Origin: Squalus acanthias
Taxonomy: Eukaryota
Length of the DNA: 64,000 nucleotides
Direction of reading: 5' to 3'
NCBI GenBank assembly: GCA_030390025.1
Contig: JASTWF010000334.1
Span: forward strand, 62,001 to 126,000
Below are positions 1-12,988 of the stretch, piece by piece; position 1 is the stretch's first letter; every line of letters begins with the position of its first letter. The notes under the pieces were generated by a model that was not told where the DNA came from, did not search any database, and was given only the letters and a program-made list of their open reading frames with translations. The position numbers and the translations under genes were made by a program.

Positions 1-606
1 CCTCACGGACGCACTGCAGTGACACCAGCCGCTGCTCAACCTCTGAAACTCGGAGCTCGAGCTCCTCCAGCTGACGACACTTCCTGCACATGTGGTTGTC
101 CAGGACACGAGAAGCATCCTGGACTTCCCACATGGCACATGATGGCCAGATAAATCTGTCAGTGTGGGCGTGGTCACTTTGCAGTGATGTGGACTGCAAC
201 ATCTGTATTGACAGCAGCTGTATGGATAAAGATTGGGGAGAAGAGGGGAAACAATGCCAGATAGCCCACAGAACATTCAACCACAATACCAGCCCAGTGT
301 CAGCTGATGCACAGAAGCTGCTGAAACTTCAATCTGGTGGTTTGAAGCCATTGAACCCCCATGAGATTGTTTCCCAGTAATCAGTGCCAGCGTCCCACTA
401 TTCACTTAATCCACAGTGAAGTTTGGAGTCAGTCCATATTGGGACGACATGGACTTATAACAGCAGGTTGTATGTTTTATTGTTCACCTTTAGCAAAAGA
501 ATAGAATGTTTCAACATTAAACATATTACATGGAGCGACAGAACTGAATATAATCAATGTAACAAGGTGAAAAACAACAAATGGTCTGTTTTATTTTTTA
601 TTAAAG

Positions 607-747
607 CTGCACTGCCGAGCACTGGCTCCAGGCGGCCATCTTGCCTCCATACACTCGCAGGAACAGAACGAGTTCATTCGACGGGTGATTCATGAAAAAG
701 ACGCATTAGATCCTTATACTTGGCTCGGTTTGAATGACATCTACAAG
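607..747 (+). CDS. C-type lectin A, internal exon (LHCRALAPGGHLASIHSQEQNEFIRRVIHEKDALDPYTWLGLNDIYK)
   Basis: ttaaAG acceptor at 605-606 and GT donor at 748; 141 nt, phase 0. Contains the CTLD motifs C..GGHLASI and WLGL. Upstream exons were not found in the window. Confidence 0.92.
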
Positions 748-832
748 GTAATGTTGTCTGAGAGGTTATATCATAAATTGTTTATTGTAACAGAAATATA
801 CATGTTTAAATTATGATTTTATATTTCCACAG

Positions 833-941
833 GAGGGGGCTTTCCTTTGGACTGATGGATCGGCAACAGATTTTACAAACTGGGGTGCGGGTCAACCCGA
901 TAATTATCACGGAAAAGAGAACTGTCTGCATTTAAATTACC
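833..941 (+). CDS. C-type lectin A, exon carrying QPD (EGAFLWTDGSATDFTNWGAGQPDNYHGKENCLHLNY)
   Basis: ttccacAG acceptor and GTaagt donor; 109 nt. F.WTDGS, NW..GQPD and ENC motifs. Confidence 0.93.
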
Positions 942-1114
942 GTAAGTTGATGCTGCAAAGTGTGACAGTGTTTTTATTGGAACTTAAATCCAGACAACTG
1001 GATAGATCGACTGAGATTAATGAGCTTCTAACTGGACTCAGTGTGGTTGAGTTTTAGACTTCGGCAGGGCTCAACTTCTGCATCTTTTGCAGCCACCTTC
1101 CAAGTAAAGCTGTT

Positions 1115-1705
1115 TAATAGAGGAATGAACACGGGTCACACACTGTCGATAGAGGAATGTACACTGGGTGTAACACTGTCGATAGAGGAACGTACACTGG
1201 GTGTAACATTGTAGATAGAGGATCGTACACTGGGTGTAACACTGTCGATAGAGGAATGTACACTGGGTGTAACGCTCTAGATAGAGGATCGTACACTGGG
1301 TGTAACACTGTCGATAGAGGAACGTACACTGGGTATAACACTGTCGATAGAGGAACGTACTCTGGGTGTAGCATTGCAGATAGAGGAACGTACACTGGGT
1401 GTAGCACTGTAGATAGTGGAATGTACACTGGGTGTAACACTGCAGATAGAGGAACGTACACTGGGTGTAACATTGTAGACAGAGGAACGTACACTGGGTG
1501 TAGCACTGCAGATAGAGGAACGTACACTGGGTGTAACACTGCAGATAGAGGAACGTACACTGGGTGTAACATTGTAGACAGAGGAACGTACACTGGGTGT
1601 AACACTGTCGATAGAGGAACATACACTGGGTGTAACACTGCAGATAGAGGAACGTACACTGGGTGTAACATTGTAGATAGAGGAACGTACTCTGGGTGTA
1701 AAACT
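1115..1705. repeat. 33-bp minisatellite (gtaacactgtcgatagaggaacgtacactgggt), about 17 copies, intronic
   Basis: Visible tandem array; ORFs on both strands show 11-aa periodicity. Confidence 0.95.
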
Positions 1706-2299
1706 GCAGTTTCTCCCTCCACTCAATTGACTATCTCTTTGGATTCTGCAGTGTTGAGGCTAAAGTGAGACCAACCTTATAATTGGCCCACATTGAATGA
1801 GCTGTTCCTGACATGGCTGGAGCCGTACTCCCATTGGACAGGATTCCACTCTGTGTTTACACAGCGTTCTCAGAAAATTATTCAACCTTCCTGTATCCGG
1901 CCCTCACTTTACTGATACACCAAACACCCCGCCCCCTTTCCACAGGGGGTTCAATTCCCAGATTTAAAATGATATAATCCGGACACAGAGATTCTAACTC
2001 CAGAAATCACAGCCTTTGCTCCAATCGTGTGAAGTCCGTGCAGTGGGGTAGGTGACTGTTTAGCCCTGGTGGTGAGGCCTTGCTGTCCACCCCACACTGG
2101 GAAACCCAGCCCAGGGTGAGCTCAGCATCTTCAGTCAGGAACTGTCCAAACCCCACTGAATATTGTGAGGTTTCCAGATTTCAGTGAGACACACACTGAC
2201 TGAGTGCACACGGCAACACAACAGGAAGTGCCTCACTTTATTTACAAGGTGAATTCATGGATCAAAAGACGGGTAAAATTAGAGGATCACAGACACTGA

Positions 2300-3946
2300 G
2301 AGGGGAGTTTTCCGGGGGGTCAGCGGGCGGGATTGGTGGTGGGTCGGGTGGGAAAGTTTTTTCTACAGCAGGTCGGGACCCCGCTGTCAACCCGTGCCAC
2401 ATGCCTTTACCAAATGTCGGGTCTGTCAGCGCTGAGCAGACCCGACCTGCAGCGGCGAGGAAGGCAATTCAGGTCATTATGACCTTGCTAACTGAGGATT
2501 AACAATAATTTCGAGCTCACCTTTATAATTTACCAGCTCGCCCACGAGGTCCACGCTTCTCATGGATCACATCTGTTAAGCTGGGCTGGAGTTGAATGAC
2601 CATGGAATCATCTCATTACTTGACAGCTTGAAATGTGCTATTAAAGCTCCCATCTCACAGCTGTTCACTTTCCAAGCTCAGAAGCTGTTGCTTACTGCAT
2701 TTGGAAGACAGATTGTGCTTTATGCAGGTTGCAAGTGTTTGGAGCAAACTCTCTATCCAGCGTCACCTCACTGGAACAACCTCTCTCACCACTGACAGAT
2801 CGCTTCTGTCATCTCCAGTTCACCTGCCATCTATTCCATCAACATTGGTACGGTTTATACTCTCTCACCTTGGTCTTCAGAATCTCACCACGATCAGCTG
2901 CAACATCAACATCGCCAGGCACACCAGCAGGACGAACAACCACACCAACCTTCTCCGCAATCACCTGATGCTGCACAGGACAGAAGGCATAAGCACCCGA
3001 CACCAGGGAAGGCCTCACCATGGCCAGATTTACTTCACTTGATGTTGCACACCCTGGCTGCCACATGATGTGCCAGGTTGGCACCACCCCACACCAACAC
3101 CATAAATCATCCCTACAATGCTCAAGCCATTCCTTTCACACTCATCAGCATTGCAGGGGGTACCGTTATGTCTCACCATTCAATGCAACTCACAAAGCCA
3201 CTTCCAAAGGTGCACACAAATCTGTTCACAAACAGAAAGTGTTGAAAATAAAGATTTCAATGTTTGACACCACATTAACAGAAACTTCACATGAACATTA
3301 GCTAAAACACACAACTGCCTACCCTTGTGTGTTGTCAGTTGGTATGACTGCACTAGGATGAGGGTGCGATGGGGAAGTGATAATGTAGATAGAGAGGGAT
3401 GGGTGGAGGTGCAAGGAATGTTGGTGTGAGTAAGGATGTGCAGGAGTAGGGAGGGAAGGCAGAGTGATGGGGATGTGATGAGAGATCTACTGAGATCATT
3501 GAAAGGTTTGTGCCACTGCAGCCTGACCCTCCTGATGACATCCCTGCTTGTGCCCTCCTGTGCAATGTGCAACCAGGCTGTGTTGATCTCCTGGGGAGGT
3601 CTCTTCCACCCATTGGAAGGGAAGAGAACCTCCCTGTGTGCTGTGAGAGTTGGAGAGCCTGGGTGTAGCCGTGCACCTCTCTGCAATGCTTGTCAGTGTT
3701 TGCAGCACCTCAATGCTGTAGAACACAGACAGCACAAATGTCAATGTAAATTTGCGTATGGTCCCTTTAAGGAACACGGCTGATGATGGTCATCAAATGA
3801 CGTCATCAGACCCACTTCCGTTAATTGGCCGGGAAACTCACTGGGCGGGGCTTAACAAGGCCAATCGGGGAAAGTCATTTCGGAGGCCGTGACCCGCCAC
3901 CAACCGCACCGACCACCCACCCGCCCAGGTCGGGGAAATCGCGGCC
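2300..3946 (-). mobile_element. Degraded PIF/Harbinger-type element with Myb/SANT (MADF-like) exon remnant, inside lectin A intron
   Basis: ORF 3180-3686 contains REVLFPSNGWKRPPQEINTAWLHIAQE, homologous to the Myb-like exon at 58378-58617. GC-rich terminal inverted-repeat-like ends. Confidence 0.7.
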
Positions 3947-4025
3947 TGACTCTCCCAAAAGAGAAAGTATGAAACAGTTCGATTCACTGATGGGTAAATG
4001 TTAGTTTCAATTTTTCTTTCTCCAG

Positions 4026-4105
4026 CTACTCGAGGTCTTTGGAATGATGCGCCCTGTAATTTACAATATCCTTTCGTTTGCTCCTACAAACTGGGCTGCA
4101 GTTAG
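4026..4105 (+). CDS. C-type lectin A, last coding exon (PTRGLWNDAPCNLQYPFVCSYKLGCS*)
   Basis: Polypyrimidine tract and CAG acceptor at 4023-4025; phase matches the previous exon. WND..C....FVC motif, TAG at 4103-4105, AATAAA at 4217-4222. Confidence 0.9.
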
Positions 4106-4865
4106 ACTCTGGCGATGCTCCACGGATCCTTTCCAGGAGTGGATTCAGTGCCTCGATTTGTTTGTAGCCGCAGTCACTGCCTGTGGTGACTGGACTGACT
4201 TAGTCTCTCAGCCAATAATAAATGTAATTGCATCTTGAGCTGTGTGTTTGATGCTGTGTGAGTCTAGTTTATAGCAGCCTTCCTGTCCCACTGTAGCTTC
4301 CGACCCACCTCTTCACTCAACACTGCATCGGGGAGAAGGCGGCACAGACTTTGTAAAATTAACTTTCAATATCTGTGCCTTTTTGTTTTAAGAAGACAAC
4401 CTTTAAAGGGATGAGATGAACGGAAAGAAATGAACTGGGAAATATTACTGAAAGGAATCTGTGAAAGGAAATTGGATCTGATTTAAACCTGCACTAATGT
4501 AGATTATTGAAGATAAATATTGATTCCCAAAAATAACTGTAAACTAAACAAAGTCCCAGAATGAGTCAATGGGGCAATGAAAATGGGAATAAGAAATATC
4601 AACAAACCGTACAGGAATGCAGGGAAAAGGGAGCCCTGGGAGTAGAGGAATTTACTGAAACAGATATTAGAGGGAAAAAGAGATACAGCAAAAGCTGTTA
4701 ATAACACAACATTCATCCAGTGTTAACCACATCGGGAATATATTCAAAGTCTTCCATATACACACACTTCCTGTAAGTATTACTCTTGCTTCCTGTCACA
4801 CAATTCCTGTCACGCTTCAATCTTCCTATTTATTGCACTGAGCCATGATTCAGTTTTCAAGCTGA

Positions 4866-4879
4866 CAACTAGGTGGCGC
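4866..4879 (+). promoter_or_regulatory. CTCF-like core motif CAACTAGGTGGCGC
   Basis: Close match to the CTCF core consensus; sequence evidence only. Confidence 0.5.
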
Positions 4880-5409
4880 TGCAGTATTCATTATACTCAT
4901 TGCTGATTGGCTGACTGGGTCACGTGATCAACTCCAGCCTTGGTGCTCCCAGTTCCCAGGAAGGACAACAGGCCGAACTCCACCAGCAGGTCTCACCAGC
5001 TACATTTTGCTCCTTCCCCATTTCCTGCTCCAATGTGCCCAGGTAGTCCCACTCTCACTGGGTCTTGTATAAGGCCCAGGCCCTGCCTGCTGCACCCCCT
5101 GACACTGACAGCAAACCAGATCCACGCCAACCTGCCCACAATGATCCCAGCCACAGTCCCTGTATCCCGGAACTTACACTACCGAAGCTGGGCTCCTGCT
5201 GAGCGGGAATGGGAATGGGAAGAGACTTTGGGTTTCTTAAGCGCTTTGAGCCCTTTGAACACAAATATTAACATGGAGAAGAGCTTCAGAACCTTAGAGC
5301 CCATTCCTGCTTGTGGGAAATGGCTTTTGGTGAAGTGGGATGGGATTCCCCACAGGGTTTATCCAGAAAGGAAACCTCTGTATTGTTCACTGTTTCAATC
5401 ATATTGGGT

Positions 5410-5670
5410 GTCAGTCGTCATTCAGTGGTCGCACTCTCACCTCTGAGTTAGAAGGTCATAGGTTCAAGTCCCACACCAGAGACTTGAGCACAAAATCCAT
5501 GCTGAGACATCAGTGCAGTACAGAGGGAGTACTGCACTGTCAGAGGTGCCGTCTTTTAGACAAGATGTTCAAACCGAGGTCTTACCTGCCTCGTCGGGTG
5601 GGCGTAAAAGATCATATGGGAGAACTCAAAGAAGAGCAGGGAGTTCTCCTGGCCAACATTTATCTCTCAA
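5410..5670 (+). mobile_element. tRNA-derived Deu-domain SINE; a second copy lies at about 26200-26410
   Basis: A-box/B-box-like head (cagtggtcgcac...ggttcaagtccc) followed by the Deu-like core gtgcagtacagagggagtactgcactgtcagaggtgccgtc. Confidence 0.7.
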
Positions 5671-5671
5671 C

Positions 5672-6200
5672 TGTGCGCAGGAGGCCATACCCCGTACACA
5701 GAGTCTACAGACCGAGTCAGCTTCTTGGGTCTATTTGCACAACAGTGCAGGAGGAGGCTGCGTTTCTCCGGCCAGGCTGTCTCAGACCTCTGCAGCTTCC
5801 TGCAACACAACCTGCTGCCTGCTGGACCAGGGGGACATACCATGTCAGTGGCCCTCAAAGTCACCACAGCCTGGAATTTTTAAACCACTGGCTCCTTTCA
5901 TGCTGCTAGACAGGACATCAGTCATGTTTCACAGTCTGCAGTTCACAGCTGCATTCAGCAGGTGACTGACAGCCTCTTTGCCGAGCAGTACAGCCCCTTC
6001 CCCACTGACCTCAGCAGTCACCAGGACAGTGCTCGGGGCTTTGCAGCAGGGGCTGGCTTCCCTCATGTGCAGGGCGTGATTGACTGTCCACATGTGGCCA
6101 TTAGGTCACCGGAACATGAGGGAATGATATCGTCAACAGAGACGTCAGCATCAGAAAGGCAGGGAGCCACCCTTCTACTCATGTCTGCAGCCAGCAAGTC
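5672..6200 (+). mobile_element. Harbinger (HARBI1-like) transposase fragments, frameshifted
   Basis: RRRPYPVHRVYR and GFAAGAGFPHVQGVIDCPHVAIR match the transposase at 61496-62164 (GVIDCTHVALR). Confidence 0.75.
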
Positions 6201-6974
6201 TTCCAGCATTGTTCACTGAAAATCACAAGTAGGGATGCAACCTCGCTTTAAGAGGTCCATCTCCACTTTAAGTAGTCGGGGAATGTGCTGTAAATTGTGC
6301 AGGTCACGTGGACGGGCTGCCTAATTGTTCAAATATTAATGAGCTGAGTGTCTATTGATAAAACTGTGACAGCCAATGAGTTGCACTGTGCCAGCCAACG
6401 TGTTGGAGGTGGGGCGGGACTTACGGGACGACTTACAGCAAACAGGATATTTTACAGTAAACAAAGTCTGTTTACTCAGCAAACAGAGTCTATTTAAACA
6501 GCGCACCACAGCAAACAGTCTACAGAATCTATTTAAAAAGAGTCCCGACAAACTACAGCAAACAGAACTCATGACGAAAACTGCAGCAAAGTCTCCCGAT
6601 AAAAGCAGGATAATTTCTCCAGTAAATTGCAGTGAGTGGAGGATAGTTACAGTCAAATGCTGTGCATAACATGAATTCAATCACTTACAGCAGTGCGGTC
6701 TCCAGGCGTGATTGACGGGGGAATTACCCAATCATCTCCATTCTGGCCGGGAATAGAAGTGACACTATATGCAGACATTAATGAGGCCTGGGAATTAAAA
6801 TGGCTACAGGGGCTTCAAGTCGACATCGTCACGGGGACTGCTGCCCGCCCTGCTGCCCGCCCCACCCCCGTCACTACACACGCACAATCAGTTCAAATTA
6901 ACACTACTTATGAGGCAGGCCTCGAGCGACAGTCTCATTGAACACAAGGTTTCACCTGACTGATCCATTCCATC

Positions 6975-7355
6975 ACCTGATAATCCTCAATCTGTGCCCC
7001 TGATCATCTTCAATCACTGCCCTGATAATCTTCAATATTTTCCTCGGATAATCCTCAATCTGTGTCCCTGATAATCCTCAATCTGTGTCCCTGATAATCC
7101 TCAATCTGTGTCCCTGATAATCCTCAATCTGTGTCCCTGATAATCCTCAATCTGTGTCCCTGATAATCCTCAATCTGTGTCCCTGATAATCCTCAATGTG
7201 TCCCTGATAATCCTCAATCTGTGTCCCTGATAATCCTCAATCTGTGTCCCTGATAATCCTCAATCTGTGTCCCTGATAATCCTCAATCTGTGTCCCTGAT
7301 AATCCTCAATCTGTGTCCCTGATAATCCTCAATCTGCGTCCCTGATAATCCTCAA
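6975..7355 (-). repeat. 23-bp minisatellite (gattgaggattatcagggacaca), reverse orientation
   Basis: Tandem copies of ctgataatcctcaatctgtgtcc. Confidence 0.95.
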
Positions 7356-7838
7356 GGGGTGGGGCCTCGTGCTGCACACGGGGCCCTGCTGAACCACCGG
7401 GGAGTGGGGTGCGGGGAAAGCAGCTGAGCACTCAAGAGCAGCGCCGGGCTGAGCGATCACGGCCGGCACCCTGAATAAAAAAGGGGAAGGGGGCAGGTGC
7501 TGGCAGGGGCCCAAAAAGAGATGGCCGCCCGACTCCTGCCCCTTTAAATAGCGCTGCCACGGCTGCAAAAACCCCATCCTGACCCTGTCGGACATATCGT
7601 CCAGCGATAGGTCAGGGGGCACACCCGAAGTTTGCGGCCGGGGCGCTGCACACGGCGATGACGTCATCGCCAGAGGCGCAGCACCGCAGGGCGCTACCGG
7701 CTACCGCCGCCGCTAATCTCACGCTGAATTTCAGCAGGAGGCGTTACCAGCACCACGCCCGGGCGCTAGGGGCTTTGTGCCCCGTTAGCGACCCCTGGGG
7801 GACTAACAGGAGGCGCAAAGCAAACCAATTTTCCCCCA
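7355..7838. mobile_element. GC-rich non-autonomous DNA transposon, partial copy of the family at 38470-39177
   Basis: Extensive similarity to 38690-39177, ending in gcgcaaagcaaaccaattttcccc. Confidence 0.7.
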
Positions 7839-8311
7839 TAGAGATTAAAATGAAACATAAAAAGGTGGTTTATGATAAATGTTGTGTTCCTAATTCAGTA
7901 GAGAACCAAGATGAATACAAAATGTACAGAGGAGAACCTAAAAAGGAAGTAAGAGGGGCAAAGAGAGTGTATGAGAATAGATTAGAGGGCAACATAAAAG
8001 GGAATCCAACTGTTTTATAAACATATCAATAGCAAAAGTGCAGTCAAAGGAAGGGTGGGACCGATTAGGGACCAAAACGTAGATCTTGTGGAGACAGAGG
8101 GCTTGGCTGAGCTACTAAATGAGTACTTTGCATCTAAAAGGGATGCTGCCAATGTCGCAGTAAAGGAGCACAGATTGAGGATCATCAGCGACACAGATTG
8201 AGGGTTCTCAGAACAATAATGCTCCTGTGAAGCTCCTGGGACATTTTTACTATGTTAAAGGCGGTATACAAATGCAAGTTGTTGTGTGGTGAGCTCACTC
8301 ACTTATAGCGG

Positions 8312-11300
8312 TGTAAGATTTGCAATATTTACAATATCCGAAATGTATATTTAAATTGTCCGTGACTATAACAGACCACTCCTGGTGCAGGTATATTGTG
8401 TTTAAGTAAACCCTCTATCTTACTTTGAGACTTCACTAATGTTTTGTTCTTCACTGGCTTCTTGTTTTTAACATAACAGAACGTCGATCTACTTTAGCAC
8501 GATTCTCACAGTTAACATAATGTTGGCTTAATTTTACCATCATGCTTTGCTTCTCAGCCTTGTGTCTTTTTAACTAAGGTTATACATATTGCAACAAAGG
8601 TTTTATACTTCTAACATGCATTATTAAATATCATAGTAATTTAAAGAAAAGCATTACATTTAAACATTATCCAATCCTACATAGAAGCTCTATTCTACAA
8701 TATCCCCACCTTGAGGCCGAGGCATTTTTGCCGACCCCTCAATTTTAAATTCTTTTTTATGAGTTTGCTCTCCCACATTTGCTTCGTTCCAAGAGGTTCT
8801 GCGCTGGGATTATGTCCAATTGTGATCTTGTCTTGCACATTAGGTGCCTTAAATAGCAGGTGTAGAGCAGTAAGCACAGTAATACCATAAGTTGGGTTAT
8901 GACCAGTACGTGTGAAATTATTCTAATCCAAGGGGGAATTTCTTTTCGCCACTCCTATATTTTCTGCTCTAAACAGAGGGTTAGGTCTGGTTCGATTCAT
9001 TAGACTCGGAATTTGTATTATTAGTCCTAACAATTTTTGACTCCCTACCTTGTGGCATTCGTGTTTAACTGGGTAGATCTTAATCAAACTTCTGATCTTA
9101 CATAGTTCAAAGTCTTACTACACGGGTTACATATATCAAATACACTATCATTACAAGTTGGAGACTACCAGAGCGTGTGAAATAATACGAACCTAAGGGT
9201 GTGCTGATGTATTAAGCCCAATATCCCACCAGTGTGAGTTGTCCCCTATGCTGTCAATTTCAATATCTATTCTCGAGTTGTCTTGCTCCAAAACATAAAA
9301 ATGCTTTAGGGAGGAGTTCAGTCACATCACGAGCTCACTGAAGCCCTTAGACAACAGGGGAATGTAGTATCCGAATTCTGCCACATAATTGTGCAGCTCA
9401 TACTTAAGTATCTCATTTACTGTCAGTTTCACTTGAGCATTGGTTTTGATATTGAGTAAAATGTGTTGGTTGATGAGACAGGTCCTGTTAGACCCATAAA
9501 GCATGGTAGTTGCGGTAGTAGTGACACAGGAGGCACCACCAAAATCACCTCATACTGGATTCGTACTGGCTTTTCCCACGCTCTGTTATCTACAAAACAC
9601 AATTATTACAGTTACAAGTTATAATTCAGTCTCACAATCATTTCATGTGACATTACAGTTTAACATCTAATCAACAAATCATGGACTTAAAAGATTCTCC
9701 AGATCTCTTTTACTCGTATCCATCTTGTGGATAATTCTTGCTAAACACGATTTCTCCTTAGCTTCAATTGTCGCAATCCAAATTCCATGTAACTCTCCAC
9801 TTAAACTTCAATTTCAATCCCTCTAACAGGTACCAATGTGTTTAACTCTATTCTGATTGTTTCATTAATTAGATAGTTTCTCGATGAGTTTGTGTCAATG
9901 CTTTAAAAGTTGTCTCGCGCTCCTGAGCCACATTAACCATTTCATGTCTTGCTGTTGTCAAGTAACTGAGCATGTCTGAGACCCGTTCTTCAGTGCAAAT
10001 TCACCATGCATTTCCAGATGGTAATTGCTTCACACGTAACAAATCACATTTGCACACTCATATCGGTATCTCAACATCATGCCACACGTGCCATCCGATA
10101 CAAGCCATTCTCGGGCTTTCAGGTATCTTATCAAAAGATTGCAGTCGTCTGGAGATCTTTGCCCATCTTCCTCTGCTTGGTCCCGATGTCTTGGGTAGTG
10201 GTCAGACTATCAAATTCAGTTTTTTTAAAAGGTTCATTATAGGCAGGGACACAAATGTCTCCAACAGAAAGCTATCAATTTACTATTCGTAGCTACACTT
10301 TCCTGACTTTCACTCAAAAGTTTAGAAAATTCCCATTTGATGGTGTAATTCTCCTGTTTCTATCTTCCACCCTCAATCACTTCCCCTCTCCATTTTACAC
10401 ATCCCATTAATTACCATTCATATCACATTCATGAACCCTGGAGGAACTTTACTGTCCAATACAATATTTAAGATTGAAAACATAGATCAAACATTCTCAC
10501 TTGGTCCAAGTTATTAACACTTTTTGTTTATCATTATTTTAGAGGATCTTTTATTTTAGAGTCATAGAGTCATAGAGTTATACAGCACAGAAAGAGACCC
10601 TTCGGCCCATCGTGTCCACGCTGGCCATCAAGCCCTGTCTATTCTAATCCCATTTTCCAGCACTTGGTCCGTAGCCTTGTATGATATGGCGTTTCAAGTG
10701 CTCACCTAAATGCTTCTTGAATGTTGTGAGGGTTCCTGCCTCTACCACCCTTTCAGGCAGTGAGTTCCAGATTCCAACCACCCTCTGGGTGAAAAAGTTT
10801 TTCCTCAAATCCCCACTAAACCTCCTGCCCCTTACCTTGAAACTATGCCCCCTGGTTATTGACCCCTCTACTAAGGAGAAAAGTTCCTTTCTATCTACCC
10901 TATCTATGCCCCTCATAATTGTGTACACCTCAATCAGGTCCCCCCTCAGCCTTCTCTGTTCTAAGGAAAACAACCCCAGCCTGTCCAGTCTCTCTTCATA
11001 GCTGAAGCGCTCCAGCCCAGCTAACATCCTGGTGAATCTCCTCTGCACCCTCTCCAATGCAATCACATCCCTCCTATAGTGTGGCGATCAGAACTGCACA
11101 CAGTATTCCAGCTGTGGCCTAACTAGCATTTTGTACAGCTCCATCATAACCTCCCTGCTCTTATATTCTATGCCTCGGCTAATGAAGGCAAGTATCCCAT
11201 ATGCCTTTTTAACCACCTTATCTACCTGTCCTGCTGCCTTCAGGGATCTATGTACATGCACACCAAGGTCCCTCTGATCCTCTGTCCTTCCTAGGGTCCT

Positions 11301-12834
11301 ACCATTCATTGTGTATTCCCTTGCCTTGTTAGTCCTCTCAAAATGCATCACCTCACACTTTTCAGGGTTAAATTCCATTTGCCACTGTTCTGCCCATCTA
11401 ACCAACCCGTCTATATCGTCCTGTAGCCTGAGGCTTCCCTCCTCGCTATTTACCACTCCACCAATTTTCGTGTCATCTGCGAACTTACAGATCTTACCTC
11501 CGACATTCATATCTAAATCATTAATGTACACTACAAACAGCAAAGGACCCAGCACCGATCCCTGCGGTACACCACTGGACACAGGCTTCCAGTCACAAAA
11601 ACAACCTTTGACCATCACCCTCTGCCGTCTGCCACTAAGCCAATTTTGGATCCAATGTGCCAAATTGCCCTGGATCCCATGGGCTCTTACCTTCTTGACT
11701 AGTCTCCCATGCGGGACTTTCCCAAAAGTAACCCAATATATAGTGCCTGAGTCCATTTTGTCATTTCAAAATTATCACAAAATCCAAACAGCAGTATTGT
11801 TGAACTGACAGGTTTTGTCAATGTTCAATTTCATTTCTATCAAGTTATCTTATCATTCAGAAACAAGTGATTCCCAGGCTAGGTGGTTTACACAGTGTTT
11901 TAACATTAGAGACAGAAGAGCTGCAATTAGTTTACAAGGTAACTTCCATATAACAAAAGAAAGAAGAGAATCCATTGTGGCTCTGCTTAAGAGCCCAAGG
12001 GGTTAATTTATCAAATCATCATTTTCCTTCTGTCACTGTGGGGAAATATTAACTTAAAATTAAGAAACTTAAATTTAATAATGTCCAATATCTTTAAATG
12101 TCATTCAGTAATACTAAAGTTGTTGCTTGGTGAACTTAAACAGCTGTCAGTGGAAAGGGTTAACTCCTTTGCAGGTTTTAAGAAGGCGGAGCGAAACATT
12201 GTCAGACGCACGCAATTGCGTCACTTCACGTAAATTTAAAAAAAACTTTCCCGATCAAAAAAGACAGTTGTGTTTTCACAATTTAATAGGTTAGTTACCT
12301 TTAATAATTCCAATCTAATTCAGATCAATATTTTATTAACTAAACACGAACCGAACAGATAAAACAAAACAAAATAGCACATGCTTGCAGCAAACAGTAA
12401 ATTACATCATATTTCTTATTGTCTTTTCTTTGGATGCCTTTCCAAATAACTATAAAAACATTGAATATAACTGCAGAAAAATTAGTTTTTCACATTTAAA
12501 CAAATCAAATCAAACTGCTTTGGAAAATTTCACCATGGCAACCACAACTCCAAGGTTAAATCTTAGACTGGAATTTAATCTTTTGTTCACAAACTTTTTG
12601 TTTTTCTCAATTTTTCCACACCAGCTTAACTTAAATTGTAGTTCAAAGTTTTTTTTCATTCTGGGTGCACAATCTTTGCTTTGCTTCTCAGCCTTGCGTC
12701 TTTTTAACTAAGGTTATACATATTGCAACAAAGGTTTTATGCTTCTAACATGCATTATTATATATCATAGTAATTTTAAGAAAAGCATTACATTTAAAAC
12801 ATTATCAAATCCTACATATAAGCTCTATTCTACA
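8312..12834 (-). mobile_element. Decayed endogenous retrovirus related to the 45518-58126 provirus (env remnants, partial LTRs, CR1 insertion)
   Basis: GCGG target-site duplication at 8308-8311 and 12835-12838. Minus-strand termini TGTAGAAT...CTTACA. Direct repeat at about 8546-8699 and 12680-12834. Purine tract aaggtgggg before the 3' LTR. Env-homologous peptides VKLTVNEILKYELHNYVAEFGYYIPLL and VRIISHALVV. Confidence 0.85.
10555..11722 (-). mobile_element. CR1 LINE 3' portion (RT C-terminal half and tail), inserted in the decayed ERV
   Basis: [14 protein letters not shown] and VRPQLEYCVQF motifs; (ctatgact)-type tail. Confidence 0.92.
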
Positions 12835-12896
12835 GCGGTAATAGTGAACCAATTTCACAATTTTACAAGAACTTACAATGTTGTGAATTAAGGCGC

Positions 12897-12988
12897 TGCA
12901 GTTCCAGTATAGTCCTCCTGGTGGCACTGCTGAGCACAGTGTTCCTGTAGCTCACCACCACCACCTGTAGGCCTCTAGTGGAACTGCA
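12897..12988. promoter_or_regulatory. Convergent pair of CTCF-like sites, each with the upstream TGCAG motif
   Basis: Plus strand TGCAGTTCC-N8-CCTCCTGGTGGCAC; minus strand TGCAGTTCC-N8-CCTACAGGTGGTGG. Confidence 0.55.

Noticed and set aside
1071..1768. Long Cys/Tyr-rich repetitive ORFs on both strands
   Set aside because: By-products of the 33-bp intronic minisatellite, whose unit length is divisible by 3.
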